From Macrostomum lignano (Eukaryota), in contig NIVC01002379.1 of assembly GCA_002269645.1 (NCBI GenBank), forward strand, positions 1 to 64,000: a stretch of 64,000 bases of DNA, in the 5' to 3' direction. Below, piece by piece: positions 11,369 to 33,585 of this stretch. The first letter of the stretch is position 1. Each line of letters opens with the position of its first letter. Below the pieces are notes generated by a model. That model was not told where the DNA came from. It searched no databases and saw nothing but the letters and a program-made list of their open reading frames with translations. Both the position numbers and the translations under genes were made by a program.

Positions 11369-14341
11369 GACTCAATTGGTCCGCCTGCCGCCCCTGGTCA
11401 TCCACCCCGCTTCGAAGTCCAGCGACCCCCCGCCCCCGCCGCCGCTGGGTGAACCGCCTCACCCGCCTCAGCTGCCTCCTCGCCTCCCTTCGACTCCAAC
11501 CCCCGCCTCCAGACAGGCATCTACCAATACCGACCCCGCCTGGCCCCGCCAACTCCGGAGTACTACAGAGACTTCGGGAGACGATTTAAATGCGCGCTTG
11601 AAAAAAATTATTTAAACTTTCATAAAGACTTGGGATATAAGCTTGTTTTTTTAAAAACATTTCTAATAAGCTGAGTATTGAAATCAAATTCGCACGCAAC
11701 AGAGGTGGGGGCAGTTGGGGATGCAACATTTTATCCTTCTGCTTTTTAAAGACCCTGTATTTTCGCCTCCCATCCGCCTCCTCTCAAGCCTCGTGTCGTG
11801 TCCCCACTCGGGTTTTTTCCACAATCCTCTTTCCCCCCCCCCTAGCTTCCCCACCGTCTCCCCTTCCTTGTCTGGGCCCTCTCCCTCCTCCGGCGGTGCC
11901 TTCCCCTTTTCCATCGCGTTTCCCCCACCCAAAAGCCTCGCGTCCGTCTCTCGCCTCTCCTCTTCTCTTCTTTTTCTCTTTTCTGCAACGCAGAAGCTTC
12001 CTCCCCCAGGCCCGCCGCCTCAGCCGCCCGTCAATTCATTCTCCCCTAGCTATAGAACCCGAGGCCTCTCTTTCTCTCGAGTCTGGGCTTGCCTGCCTCC
12101 GCCCTGAGGGGTTTGCGCTGTGGAGTGGGGGCTGACTGGCTGGCTGGCATGACGGGGGCGCGGCGGAGGGGCTGGCTGCTTCTCTTTAGAACTGCGCCCC
12201 CTCGCTCGCTAAAGCCCCCCCATAGCCAGGCCTCTCTAATTTCCTCCTTCAAGCCCGGGGGTTGCTGGCGGAGCGGCCTTCACCCTTTTTTCTAGCCCTA
12301 CTAAAACCCTACCCTGTCTTGCCTGCCTGCTTTTTCCGTCTCTCTGCCTACTGTCTCTCTTGCTTAGTTCTGTCGATATGCGCTTCGCCTCTGGGTCTGC
12401 CTGCCTGCCCTGCCCGCATTCAATAGTCTAGTAGAAGCCTGCGTTTGCTTTGCGTGTTCCACGAGCCCCTTTCCTTCCCGCCTTGCCCCACGCTTCTCTC
12501 TCTCTTAGGCTCTCCCTCCCTCCGCATGGAACGAATGCAATGGCGCAGAACGGCCTATAGCTTTGAAATTGGGGCGGTGGACAGCCGGAGCGGAGGTGGC
12601 CCCGCCCTGGGTCGCTGCTCTCTCTCTCCCTGCTGGCAAGCCTCTCATAGCCTTCCTGCCTCCCTCTCTCTCACTCTGCATTGCTGACGTGCGCGCGTGC
12701 GGCCCTGCAGCTTATTTCTGCAGCCTGCCTGGGTTGGTTGGTGAGGAGTTGGGTGGGTTGTGGCCCAGTTCTAGGAAAGCTATCTCTGTTCTCTCTCCTC
12801 CAACTCTGCAGCATAGGGGCGTGTGTTAGTTGTGTTGTGCTTGTGTAGAAAGAGCGGAATGGAGTGTGGGTGGACCGGTTTTCGGCTCGGGAGGGTGGAG
12901 GCCCCGCGCCGCTCTGCAACCTTCCCTCTTCGCAGGCTGTATCGGGGGCTGAGGCAGACCGGCCCACGTCACTCACGCCACGGCTGCGCCCCCAAGTAAT
13001 GCATGGGGTGGAGGGTCGGTAGAATATCTAGGACTTAGGGGGGCTGACTGTAGGGGAGAAGAGATGGGCCGGGAGCCACCGCCTCTCTCCCTGGGGGTTG
13101 GGGGGGGGATGGGAACAGGGGAAGGCCTCCGCCGCGTGACGCAGTTTTTCATGGGGGGGGATATAACCAGTGTGGCTTCCCCACTCCCGGGAGTCCCCAC
13201 CTCTGCCTCCTCCCAGTTCTCGTTTTATTTCTTCTTTAGCTGATTCGCTTTTGATTGTCCAATATTATTTGATTCTTGCAGTCTGTGCGGGGAGGGCAGG
13301 TGGTGGTTGAAGTTTCAAAGTTTCATTAAATTTACTTGCTAACAATTGATTACTGTTTCAATTTCATCAGTCACGATTTGGTTGCCAACAGGATGTAACA
13401 CCTAAGTCTTAAAAAAGTCTGCCCCTATTCAGAGTCTGTCTATTCTGTGTTTAAACCAGTTTTTTTAACTTGATCCGAGTTTGTTGTTATCATCAGCTCT
13501 GGTTGACACTTCAAACTCAAGTTTGCATGCTGTGTCTGCTTTGCCATGCGGCAATAATTTTTATTAATAATAAGATCTAATTGATTGCTTTTTTCTCTGA
13601 TCTAATCCCCCTTCTCACTGCCTGCCTGTCTGTTTAACCTTTGTTTGAGATTAAAGTACGTTTTTTTACATTTTCCTTCTAGTTCTGGTGGTTAAATTCT
13701 GGTAAGTGCAAGTTCAGGCACTGTAAGTTTGTTTAGCTGTCATTTTTTAACGATTGTTATTATTTTTAAACAAATAAAAGACGTTCACATTCTGTCCGTG
13801 AGGTGGGGGAGAGGCTCTGCCCTTGTACTTGTTGAAAGTAAACAATAATGAGTAAATTTACTATGCAATTTGTCTGTATTGAAATTCTACATTAATTAAC
13901 TAATATTTATCTAGTTGTATTGGTAATTCTTGTGTCCGTGTCTATCTTGCAAGCTCTATTGCTTTTTTCATGCAGTTTTTTATATATATAAACATTCTGT
14001 CAAATTATGTTTCACACGAAGTGTTTCAACTTGTCTCTCCTGTCTCCTCGCCTCTGTACAGACTTGCTAATTTACTTTTGATAATTGTAACACCACACTT
14101 TAACTATTACTGGAAAATCTGTTTCGCCGCTATCCCAGCTAAACTTGCTTGTACATTGTGCCGGATTACTACTGTTTGCTATGACTCCCATTTAGCCAAT
14201 AATTTAATGATTATAGTTGCTTTTCGCTTGTCTGTTGCTTCAGATTGACACAAAAATCTAATTAAATGGTGACTTTGGTCGTAATAAACTACTGAAGTTG
14301 TTTAGGATAATTAGCAATCTAATATTAAAATCAAGTGGCTA

Positions 14342-14712
14342 GATTAGCAATCCAACGATAGATTAGCAATCCAATGGACAGATTAGCAATCCAATGGACA
14401 GATTAGCAATCCAATGGACAGATTAGCAATCCAATAGATAGATTAGCAATACAATGGACAGATTAGCAATCCAATGGACAGATTAGCAATCCAATGGACA
14501 GATTAGCAATCCAAACGATAGATTAGCAATCCAATAGACAGATTAGCAATCCAATGGATAGATTAGCAATCCAAACGATAGATTAGCAATCCAAACGATA
14601 GATTAGCAATCCAAACGATAGATTAGCAATCCAAACGATAGATTAGCAATCCAATAGATAGATTAGCAATCCAATAGATAGATTAGCAATCCAATGGACA
14701 GATTAGCAATCC
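14342..14712. repeat. 20-bp minisatellite GATTAGCAATCCAATGGACA, ~18 copies
   Basis: Directly visible tandem period with variant tails (ACGATA, TAGATA). Confidence 0.95.
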
Positions 14713-15257
14713 GAACCAAGCACTAGTTGTGCTAGTTCCAGAAAGTTACATGTCAAATGTCATTTATTACCCGTTAGTCGTCGGCTGTTGGCTAAAAAGC
14801 GCTGATAAAAATTTATTCTGTCGTTTGTGTTAAAAAATCTGGATTGCGCAAGAAGTAATTGTTTGCTATTTAGTTATGTTTGTCCCTCTGTGACCAATAA
14901 ATATCTGATTTTATAATATGAACTCATGAAATTCTAATAAATAAAACAATAATCAATTACAACTTAACATCAATTTACTGTATAGAAAGCGCTGCCTATC
15001 GCAAAACCGGATGGTCAAAAATCTTAACTAATCTTGTTTTCTTATTTGCTAAAATTCTAATTAACCAGTAGTTTATTGGCTTATATCGAATTAATTGTCT
15101 AAAAGCCTAATTAAATTTTTGTTGCGAAAAACACTTCTGTACTATTTGTGAGTAGCAAGCTAAGCATTTTTTGTTTGTTTGCACAGCGAAATTAATTATA
15201 CACATCTGGCTGTTCCGATTAAGAAATCTACAGGTATACTAACTTGATAATACTTTA

Positions 15258-16085
15258 ACAGGCGCCACAGCTGTTAGACAGGCGCAACGGCTGTTAGACA
15301 GGCGCCACAGATATTTAAACAGGCGCCACAGCTGTTAGACAGGCGCCACGGCTGTTAGACAGGCGTCACGGCTGTTAGACAGGCGCCACAGCTGTTAGAC
15401 AGGTGCGACGGCTGTTAGACAGGCGCCACGGCTGTTAGACAGGTGCCATAGTTGTTAGACAGGCGCCACAGCTGTTAGATAGGCGCCGCAGCTGTTAGAC
15501 AGGCGCCACATATATTTAGACAGGCGCCACAGCTGTTAGACAGGCGCAACGGCTGTTAGACAGGCGCAACGGCTGTTAGACAGGCGCCACAGATATTTAA
15601 ACAGGCGCCATAGCTGTTAGACAGGCGCAACGGCTGTTAGACAGGCGCCACGGCTGTTAGACAGGCGCCACAGCTGTTAGACAGGCGCAACGGCTGTTAG
15701 ACAGGCGCCACGGCTGTTAGACAGGTGCCATAGTTGTTAGACAGGCGCCACAGCTGTTAGATAGGCGCCGCAGCTGTTAGACAGGCGCCACATATATTTA
15801 GACAGGCGCCACAGCTGTTAGACAGGCGCCACAGCTGTTAGACAGGCGCAACGGCTGTTAGACAGGCGCCACGGCTGTTAGACAGGTGTCATAGGTGTTA
15901 GACAGGCGCCACAGCTATTAGATAGGCGCCACAGTTGTTAGACAGGCGCCACGGCTGTTAGACTGGCGCCACAGCTGTTAGACAGGCGCCACGGCTGTTA
16001 GACTGGCGCCACAGCTGTTAGACAGGCGCCACGGCTGTTAGACAGGCGCCACGGCTATTAGATAGGCGCCGCAGCCGTTAAGACA
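15258..16085. repeat. 20-bp minisatellite ACAGGCGCCACAGCTGTTAG, ~41 copies
   Basis: Directly visible tandem period; variant blocks are themselves duplicated. Confidence 0.95.
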
Positions 16086-16547
16086 GGCTATATGTAAAAC
16101 AGGCTCCCAGCTGTTACCGAAACCTAAACCTAACCTTAACCGAAACCTTTGCCCTAGTATTCTACATGTAGCTGTAATAAGAAATCACGAAGCCTTAACC
16201 TTGCATGCTCCCGGCTCCAGTCTGGCTGTGTTCAAAGTGCAAAGCAGCTCAATCTCTTGAAATGCATGCATGCAGTTGCTCGCTTGCAAAGCCGCCCATC
16301 AAAACTATTGATAAGAGCCGTCGAACAGCAATTCGGAAACCACCATGTGTTCGAAACTCTCACTTTTTTGGCTATTGATTAGAAACCAAGGGCTCTGAGT
16401 TCGCGGCTTATCTCTCGTCGAACTGACAGTGTCAAAATAGTTGCCACTCGCGAATAAATAAATGTAATTATTGCATTTACTGAAAGCCTGACTGTTGTGG
16501 AGCTTTTATTTGCTCACAAAAGCGACAGAACAATTTGAATTTTAGCG

Positions 16548-19500
16548 ATGCTAGAATTTCTAATTCCTCTGACCCTTGCCTGTCTGGCGGCCTACTGGTA
16601 TTTCACCTGGAACCGGTGTCTGCCTCCTGGTCCAACCGGTTTGCCCCTGGTCGGCGTCGCACCCTGGCTGGCAGTCAGTGAGTCACTTTCAACGGAGTTT
16701 TACCAGCGTATTAGCAATTCGTAGCAAACTATCTCTGGAAGAATCAGTTTAAAAGAGATAAGGAGCAAGTGTAGTTCCATGCGCCAGAAATCATCAATTG
16801 CATAAATGTATAGGTATTCGAATTGTCAAGTTTACAAGTTTGACAGGGTTAATCTCAAGTCGGGGGATTTAGTTTGAATGCCAAGCACATGACTGCCGGG
16901 CTCCGTCGGGCTTCATTCGAGGACGAACCAGATAAAATTACACGTACCTTAACAAGGCGAATGACTTAAAAAAACATTACAGAACGCCGCGATCACTACT
17001 TCACCGAGCTCGCGAAGCAATACGGAGATATTTTTACAGTTCGAGTCGGATTCTTCTACATTGTGGTGCTAAACTCAGCGGAGGCTATCAAGGAGGCATT
17101 TGCCAGAAACGAGCACATCGCTGGCAGGGGTCTGCGCGCATTCACCAAGTTTCTGTCCGATGGAAAAGGTTCGTGTCATATCACAGAAGAATAAACCATC
17201 TGCACCTCGATCCTTAAAATACCTATCCATTTCGATCTTAGACACTAAGTGGCAATGCTACCACTTCAACCCACCCCAATCCTTAGACACCAAACCACAC
17301 CGATCCTTAGACACCAAACCTGATCCTGATCCTTAGATACCAAACCACACCGATCCTCAAGCATCAATCCTCCTGAATCTTCAGACACCAAACAACACCG
17401 ATCCTACGAAACCAAATCACACCGATACTTCGACACCAAACCCTCCCGATCCTTAGAGACCAAACCATCCCGATCCTTAGACACCAAACAACACTGATCC
17501 TACAACACTAACTACGCCGATCCTACGACACCAAACCACACCGATCCTACGACACCAATTAACACCGAACCTTTGACGCCAAGCCAACTCGATCTTCAAG
17601 CATCGAACCCACCTTGATCCTCAGACACCAACCCACCAACATATTGAAGCAGCCCGGTCACTATCCAACTTCCGCCAACGTAGCAGCAAACCACCCGATT
17701 TCTCCGTCAGGCATCGCCTCCGCTGAGGGTGTCCGCCACCGAGAGCAGCGCCGCTATTGCCTGCGCGTGCTGCGCGACTTTGGCTTCGGCCGGATCAACT
17801 TCGAAGGCGCCATCATCGAGGAAGCAGGCAGACTTGCCGACTCAATCCGGGCCAATGGCTCCGCCCAGCCAATTCGCATCGACGGCCGTCTTTCGCAGGC
17901 GATCGCGAATGTCATCGGGCGCATAGTCTATGGCCGCAGGTTCGAGTACAACTCCACCGAGCTGCACCGGATGGTTTCCGCCCTGCACGAGTTGAACTCG
18001 GCGCCTGGAGGCGTCCTGCTGTTGAACACGACGAGCTTGCTGGACCCTCTGGCCGATTGGCTGGGCGTGGGGAAGCTTAAAGCCGCCCGGGATGGCATCC
18101 GGGACCTACTGGAGCCCATCGTAGCCGAGCACCAGGCCGACCTGGACGAACTTGACGAGGATGGCCTGACCGATTTTCTCTACGCCTATCTTGCGGAGCA
18201 GAAGCGGCACCGCAGCCTGCCCGACGCCGACATATGGGATGGTCTGTCGGGGTGCAGTCTGACGGGACGGGTCTGTCATGATAGTCCTGACACGCTAAAT
18301 CACGATTAGTCTGTCCGGGCTATGATCTGGCTGGATTATGATCTGTCAGGACTAGACCGAACGATCTGTCAGGACTATGATCAGTCGGGACTATAGTCTG
18401 TTAGGATTATTTCTGTCAGAGTTCATTATGTTAGTAATATCTACCAGGACTAGTCTAGGTGGCGGTTCTTTATTGCCGAAAAAGCTATTTCGACGAGCGT
18501 ATTATTTAAAAAAATGCATTCACTGTTTTAAGGGTACCAAAACCAACTACTTGCAGTAGCCACTGATACGGACACAAGCTTAAAATCGTTCGAACACTGC
18601 AATCGCATTTCCCAGACCGGCAGATGATGGAGGTGCTGATCGACCTGATGGTGGCGGGCTCGGATACCACCCGGTCGACGCTGGTGTGGGCCATCAACCT
18701 GTTGAGCGGCAGCCAGCCAGTGCAAGAGGCGGTGCGCCAGGAGCTGGCCAGCGCTGTCGGCGATGCCCGACCGCCGTCGACTAGCGATCTGCCGCGGCTG
18801 CCGCGACTTGACGCCGTCATCCAGGAAGTGCTCAGGTTCGAATTTGGAGCTTTAACTGAAGACACAGTATTTCCATATTAGTAGAGTGGTGGATTGATTG
18901 ATTGACTGACTGACAGAATGATGGACTGATAGAGAGATAGCTTGATAGGTTCACAGACTGTGAACATACATATTGATATATTGATAAATTGATAGATTGA
19001 TTCACAGATAAATTTAGCTAGATGGTATAGATAGAAGATACGAGTAGATAGAAGTCTAAGCTTGGCAAATCCGATATGAAGTCATTTAAACCGTTTTGCA
19101 GAATTTCTGCCCTGGTTCCGACGGCGGTGCCGCACTGCTGCACATCGGACACAGAGCTGCGTGGTTACCAGCTGCCGTTGGGCACAATGGTCATGGCCAA
19201 CACACACTGCCTGACCAGAGATGCTGATGTGTTTGCTAACCCAGATCAGTTCGACCCGTTCGGACACTTTCTGACTGTTGGCGATGAAGGCAGTGGCCAG
19301 CTGCAGGTGGTCAATAAGGACAAGATCTTACCGTTTAGCTACGGTGATTAAAATTTATTTAACGTTTCGATAGCACAAGAGATTGGAATAGATTTACTAT
19401 AATGCACCATACTGAAAAGAATAAAAATGATGAGCCAGTATAAGTTACTCGAACGCTTCGCAAGAAATGCAGTTACAAACTCGGAACTGGAAGTCAACAT

Positions 19501-19725
19501 GCCGCGTGTCCCTCGAATCCCTCTGCCGCCGTTCCAGGACGTCGTTCGTGCATCGGCGAGAGCCTGGCCCGCATGGAAATCTGCCTGTTCCTGAGCTACC
19601 TTCTGCCTCGTTTCCGGTTCGAACTGCCGCCCGGGGTGACGGACGCGGATACGGTGGGCAGCGGCGCGCTGTTTAACACCTGTCGACAGAAAGAGTTTGT
19701 TTTCCGGCCGATCAAAGCTCTGTAA
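16548..19725 (+). CDS. Cytochrome P450, CYP2-clan-like, 6 exons, ~498 aa
   Basis: Exons 16548-16677, 16983-17168, 17711-18241, 18616-18835, 19102-19343 and 19538-19725, GT-AG with compatible phases, total 1497 nt. N-terminal anchor plus PPGP, EQRRYCLRVLRDFG, I-helix AGSDTT, K-helix EVLR, and heme motif FSYGRRSCIGE. Confidence 0.95.
17255..17640. repeat. Degenerate ~24-bp minisatellite (GATCCTTAGACACCAAACCACACC) in P450 intron 2
   Basis: Visible imperfect tandem period. Confidence 0.85.
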
Positions 19726-20070
19726 ATTGCAATGGTTCAACAATTTTAACGTCACAACTGACTTTTAAGTGTCTTTATTTATCACTAAACATTGAAATCC
19801 TGTTTTAATCTTGGTTGACTTCCCGGCATGATTACAATTTTCCATGCTGACATCGATGCTTACTACGGCAGTGATTGCGAGAAGGTTTGAGAGCAAATAT
19901 TTATACAAGCGATCTTGCTAAATTAGATCATGCATTGTTTCTTCTGTCTGCTTCCTAAAGTACGAGCTATCACTGTAATGAATATTCAGAACCTATAGTC
20001 TTATAGATACATTTTCTGCTACACAAGACTCGTACACTTGTACGCCAGCATTGGCCAAATTCTGTGCCAA

Positions 20071-20112
20071 CCAATGACGTCTTGTCCGCATGCGAGGGGG
20101 GAATATATTAAA
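20071..20112 (+). promoter_or_regulatory. CCAAT, CRE-like and TATA-like cluster upstream of the DEG/ENaC gene
   Basis: CCAAT at 20071 overlaps TGACGTCT (7/8 match to CRE); AATATATTAAAA at ~20102; ATG at 20212. Confidence 0.4.
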
Positions 20113-20211
20113 AGCTACCATCAGTCCCATTCCTGTGGAAAAAGTTATTCAGGCAAGCGGGCTTAAAAATTATCGAAAGAAATCAAGATACACACTCCAT
20201 TCAAGACGATC

Positions 20212-28650
<8,439 letters not shown>

Positions 28651-29486
28651 GGAGTCAGGCGGACAGACTTTCAATGCGAGTGGATGCAGATAGATTTTGG
28701 CCACTTGGAATCGCGAGATGCCCTAGCAGCAAGAACTGTTGCTATTTAATTATTCCAGAGCAAGTCACTCTTTGAAGGAACTGGTTTAAAAAATTCGCTT
28801 GCAAATGTATATACGGTCGTATATTGCTTCCGGTTTGGCTTTTGTGTGCCCTTTAGTAAGCATTCCATTCACGCAGGTGACTGGTTAGAACGAGATTGCC
28901 AGCAATTCCGTGTCGATTTCTAGGACTTGGATTCGGTAAAACTTTTATTACAAAAACTTTCAATAGTAATAAAACCAGGGACATGCAGCAACCTCATTAC
29001 TCGTATGCATTGCATTTTACACTTGTATAGACAGACTTTTTCGTTCGAGAGCTCATATGTGGGGGGGGGGCGGGGCAGCTCAATGATAAACGCATCTGAC
29101 TCAAGTACCGCTGAAAGTTGCCGTTTTATCAGTACATAACACTCCGTAAATATTGCAACATTTTTTGAAGATCCGCTTCTTTATGGAGCAGTTTTCTCCT
29201 AGAACTGGGAAATCGCTCCGGGCATGGGGAGCCGAGACAGCGAGAAACTGTCAGAAGGGCGCGCCAGTCTGTGAATGTAATAAAATGCATTAGTTTTGCC
29301 CGTGCTCAGATCACCCGTTACAGCTTCAACGTTAATAGTGCAAGAGCTGAGCACTGCTCAGGATGCGGCCTAATAAAATCAAACCCGACAAGCGCCCGAG
29401 ACCGCACTGAAGCATCTTAATGGGGAGAGTGGGAGAGACCGGGGTGCCTCCCAACTCTGGGCGGCTTTTAGTAGCTGTGTTCTGCG

Positions 29487-30020
29487 AGACACCCATCTGA
29501 ATGAGACACCCATCTGAATGAGACACCCATCTGAATGAGACACCCATCTGAATGAGACACCATCTGAATGGGACACCCATCCGAATGAGACACCCATCTG
29601 AATAAGACACCCATCTGAATGAGACACCCATCTGAATGAGACATCCATCTAAATGAGACACCCATCTGAATGAGACACCCATCTGAATGAGACACCCATC
29701 TGAATGAGACACCCATCTGAATGAGACACCCATCTGAATGAGACACCCATCTGAATAAGACACCCATCTGAATGAGACACCCATCTGAATGAGACACCCA
29801 TCTGAATGAGACACCCATCTGAATGAGACACCCATCTGAATGAGACACCCATCTGAATGAGACACCCATCTGAATGAGACACCCATCTGAATGAGACACC
29901 CATCTGAATGAGACACCCATCTGAATGAGACACCCATCTGAATGAGACACCCATCTGAATGAGACACCCATCTGAATGAGACACCCATCTGAATGAGACA
30001 CCCATCTGAATGAGACACCC
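29487..30020. repeat. 17-bp minisatellite GAGACACCCATCTGAAT
   Basis: Visible period, ~31 copies. Confidence 0.95.
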
Positions 30021-31104
30021 AAATACCACTCTGAATGAAAAAATATTCAAATGAGATTTTGAATAAATTTCACTAAGTTAAAATAAAATAAAATAAAGAA
30101 CCTGACTAGATTACTAAGAGTACGAAGTCAGGGTCCTGTGTCAGACGGCATGAAAGATTTTAATACGAGGATGACTTCTGCTCCAGTAAGCAGAACTCAG
30201 TCACAGCTTCAGTCTGCCTCATCCGTTTCAAGGATATTCAAGCCCATTGTTCCATATCAGTAAAAAAATCCTAAATAGGAAGAAATTATTAAAATGAAGA
30301 GCAATTTTAATTTCCTGAATTCGTGACAGTCTGCTGGCTACAGAGAATGAAGTTTAACGATTGGCAGTCAATATTTTCCCTGGATAAAATATCTCTGCTT
30401 TCTGGCGCTGAAAATTTGTTAATATTTCTGATTTCAAACAAAATTTCATTGCTTTAAAGGAAATTGTAAAATCAAAGCAATCGTTGCAATATTCGAAGCC
30501 TTGCTTCAAAGCAATTACAAATATATTAATTTTGCCTGGTTGCCCCCCCCCTCACCGGTTCTTGGTCAGGCAAACTGAAAGTGAAGCCGAACAAGTTGAG
30601 AAGTTCCATTTGGCAACAGCATGGATTTAGCTGGCAAGAGCAAAATTTGCTTACAAACCAAAGTTACGAATTCATGATTATTTATGCGCTCAAAGAAAAA
30701 TTTCTAAATTTAAAGAAACAAGTCTTCTTATATATTGGATCATAAATTGAATTTCATCCGTCTCAGAGACGTCCCTTCGACCTAAAAAACTACGCATTGA
30801 AGATGTCCGACTTTCTGTACTTGATACGTAAATTTGTTATAGGGGTCTGCAGGTCCTAAAAACGTTCTCTTAGCATACATAGGCTGATCTTTCATATTTC
30901 TGCTTTTGCCTTCCTAAATTTCTAGATTTGTCGTCCAGATTTCTAGCAGCTGACTTGGTGATGAAACCGTCCGATTCTTGACATCTGCAGTGAAAATTGC
31001 AGTGAAAATCAATATCGCCACGAAATGCAATGCCTGGTGATGAAGAACCAATGCTATAGAAACACTGGTTGAGGCAGAGATCGGCAGGTACTTGAAGGTC
31101 CCTT

Positions 31105-31270
31105 GCTGTCTGGGGGATGCTTGCTGTCTGGGGGATGCTTGCTGTCTGGGGGATGCTTGCTGTCTGGGGGATGCTTGCTGTCTTGGGGATGCTTGCTGTC
31201 TGGGGGATGCTTGTTGTCTGGGGGATGCTTGCTGTCTGGGGGATGCTTGCTGTCTGGGGGATGCTTGCTA
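31105..31270. repeat. 18-bp minisatellite GCTTGCTGTCTGGGGGAT
   Basis: Visible period, ~9 copies. Confidence 0.95.
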
Positions 31271-31337
31271 TATGGAGGATGCTGAGATCGATGAATTGAA
31301 ACAATTCAATTAGCAAAATTTATTTTTTTGATGCTTT

Positions 31338-31650
31338 TGATCTGTAGATCTATCTATGAAGCATCTGTAGATCTATCTATGAATCATCTGTGGATCATCT
31401 GTACAGTAGATCTATCTATGGATTATCTATAGAACTAACTGTAGATCAATCTATGAATCATCTGTAGATCAATCTATAGATCATCTGTAGATTTATCTAT
31501 AGATCATCTGTAGATTTATCTATAGATCATCTGTAGATTTATCTATAGATCATCTGTAGATCTATCTATAGATCATCTGTAGATTTATCTATAGATCATC
31601 TGTAGATCTATCTATTAACCATCTGTCGATCTATCTATGAATCATCTGTA
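31338..31650. repeat. 23-bp quasi-palindromic minisatellite AGATCATCTGTAGATTTATCTAT
   Basis: Visible period with degenerate ends. Confidence 0.9.
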
Positions 31651-32719
31651 CGAGCCTACGTACCTCATACGATCGTACTTTATTTTTCCACAATAATTCG
31701 TGATTTCAATATAATTATAAAGACTAGAGACTAGGTCCCAAGCCTCACAGACCTAGTTTTGCTGGTTTTCGTGACCTATGGAGACTCAAATGATGGGGGG
31801 GGGAGAACATTATACTAATTAAGCTATTGAAAGTGTTTTAGGTCGAAGCTTCCAAAGGGGGAGCTGAACTAGTCCACTATCACTAAATTTCTACATTATG
31901 CAAAGCCGTGTACTGTTGCCCTGGCTCGCGAATTGCCATTTAAGGACTTGCCCCACGCTGTCACTGAATATCAGGGGTGCATGCTGATGCGATAAAAATA
32001 GATCTGAATGTAGAAAGTAAAAGTCTATTTTCGGTTCACTTTCGTCCAGCATTAGCTGGTAAAACAGAAAAAGAGCTGTTTTTTTATTAACTTGCAATAT
32101 TAAGTATTTTTCTGCGTGGGAGAAAAGCACACTGATTGCACATCGAAAGTAAACCCGGGAGTCATCAAGTACGAATGCTAGTTGAAATTTTTGATTGGTA
32201 AAAAAATCTCTTCAAGACGTCTTGATGCGTTTCTCAATGTGAGAATACACTGCATTGAAATCAAGGGTTTCGGATCAACCTATTTATAGTAAGCATGAGT
32301 CCCACTCTCAATCATGCCCCCATTCTGATTTTTAGGACCAATTCGTGACAATTAGAGGGGCGGCAGCCGTTAATCCCCACCCCCATTAACTAGCTGATGA
32401 ATTATTCATTTTGTCTCCAACCTGCAGCCAGGCCGCTAAGACACACACTGCATGATACTCGTTCAGCTGCATTGGCTGAACCCAAGGAGGTCTAGAACCA
32501 TGACATGGCTCGAGAGCTCTTCCTCAGATCGCTCACTGTTTAGAAACAAAAGCTAAATCTTTTCTTTCACGATTTTAGGTTCGACTGGCTAATATCGGTC
32601 TAAGCTTGGTCAAAGATGCTTGCTTTACTTAGAAAATATGACAGTTTTTTTAGTCAATAATAATAATTAATATTAGTTATTATCCCCCCGTGCCTTGAGG
32701 GTTGTGCCTAGTTGGATTG

Positions 32720-33585
32720 TAGCCTAGGGGGGGGGTTGTAGCCTAGGGGGTTGTAGCCTAGGGGGTTTGTAGCCTAGGTGGGTTTGTAGCTTAGGGGGGT
32801 TGTAGCCTAGGGGGGTTGTAGCTTAGGGGTTTGTAGCCTAGGGGTTTTTAGCCTAAGGGTTTGTAGCCTAGGGGTTTGTAGCCTAAGGGTTTGTAGCCTA
32901 GGGGTTTGTAGCCTAGGGGGTTGTAGCCCAGGGGGGTTGTAGCCTAGGGGGGTTGTAGCCTAGGGGGGTTGTAGCCTAGGGGTTTGTAGCCTAGGGGGGT
33001 TGTAGCCTAGGGGTTTGTAGCCCAGGGGGGTTGTAGCCTAGGGGGGTTGTAGCTTAGGGGGGTTGTAGCCTAGGGGGGTTGTAGCTTAGGGGTTTGTAGC
33101 CTAGGGGTTTGTAGCCTAGGGGGTTGTAGCCCAGGGGGGTTGTAGCCTAGGGGGGTTGTAGCCTAGGGGGGTTGTAGCCTAGGGGTTTGTAGCCTAGGGG
33201 TTTGTAGCCTAGGGGTTTGTAGCCCAGGGGGGTTGTAGCCTAGGGGGGTTGTAGCTTAGGGGGGTTGTAGCCTAGGGGGGGTTGTAGCTTAGGGGTTTGT
33301 AGCCTAGGGGTTTTTAGCCTAAGGGTTTGTAGCCTAGGGGGGTTGTAGCCCAGGGGGTTGTAGCCTAGGGGGGTTGTAGCCTAGGGGGGTTGTAGCCTAG
33401 GGGGGTTGTGCCTTGTGGGGTTGTGCCAGGGGGTTGTGCCTAGAGGTTGTGCCTAGGGGGTTGTGCCTTGTGGGGTTGTGCCAGGGGGTTGTGCCTGGAG
33501 GTTGTGCCTAGGGGGTTGTGTCTAGGGGGTTGTGCCTAGGGGGCTGTGTCTAGGGGGTTGTGTCTAGGGGGGTTGTGCCTAGGGG
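32720..33585. repeat. G-rich 15-17-bp minisatellite GTAGCCTAG(G)nTT
   Basis: Visible period with variable G-run; grades into GTGCCTAG units at the 3' end. Confidence 0.95.

Noticed and set aside
10752-11615. 287-aa alternative-frame ORF overlapping the zinc-finger CDS, plus antisense ORFs
   Set aside because: Expected shadow ORFs of GC-rich codons; no motifs.
11684-11932. CCIPNC resembling a THAP-domain start
   Set aside because: A stop follows within a few codons, and there are no further THAP residues.
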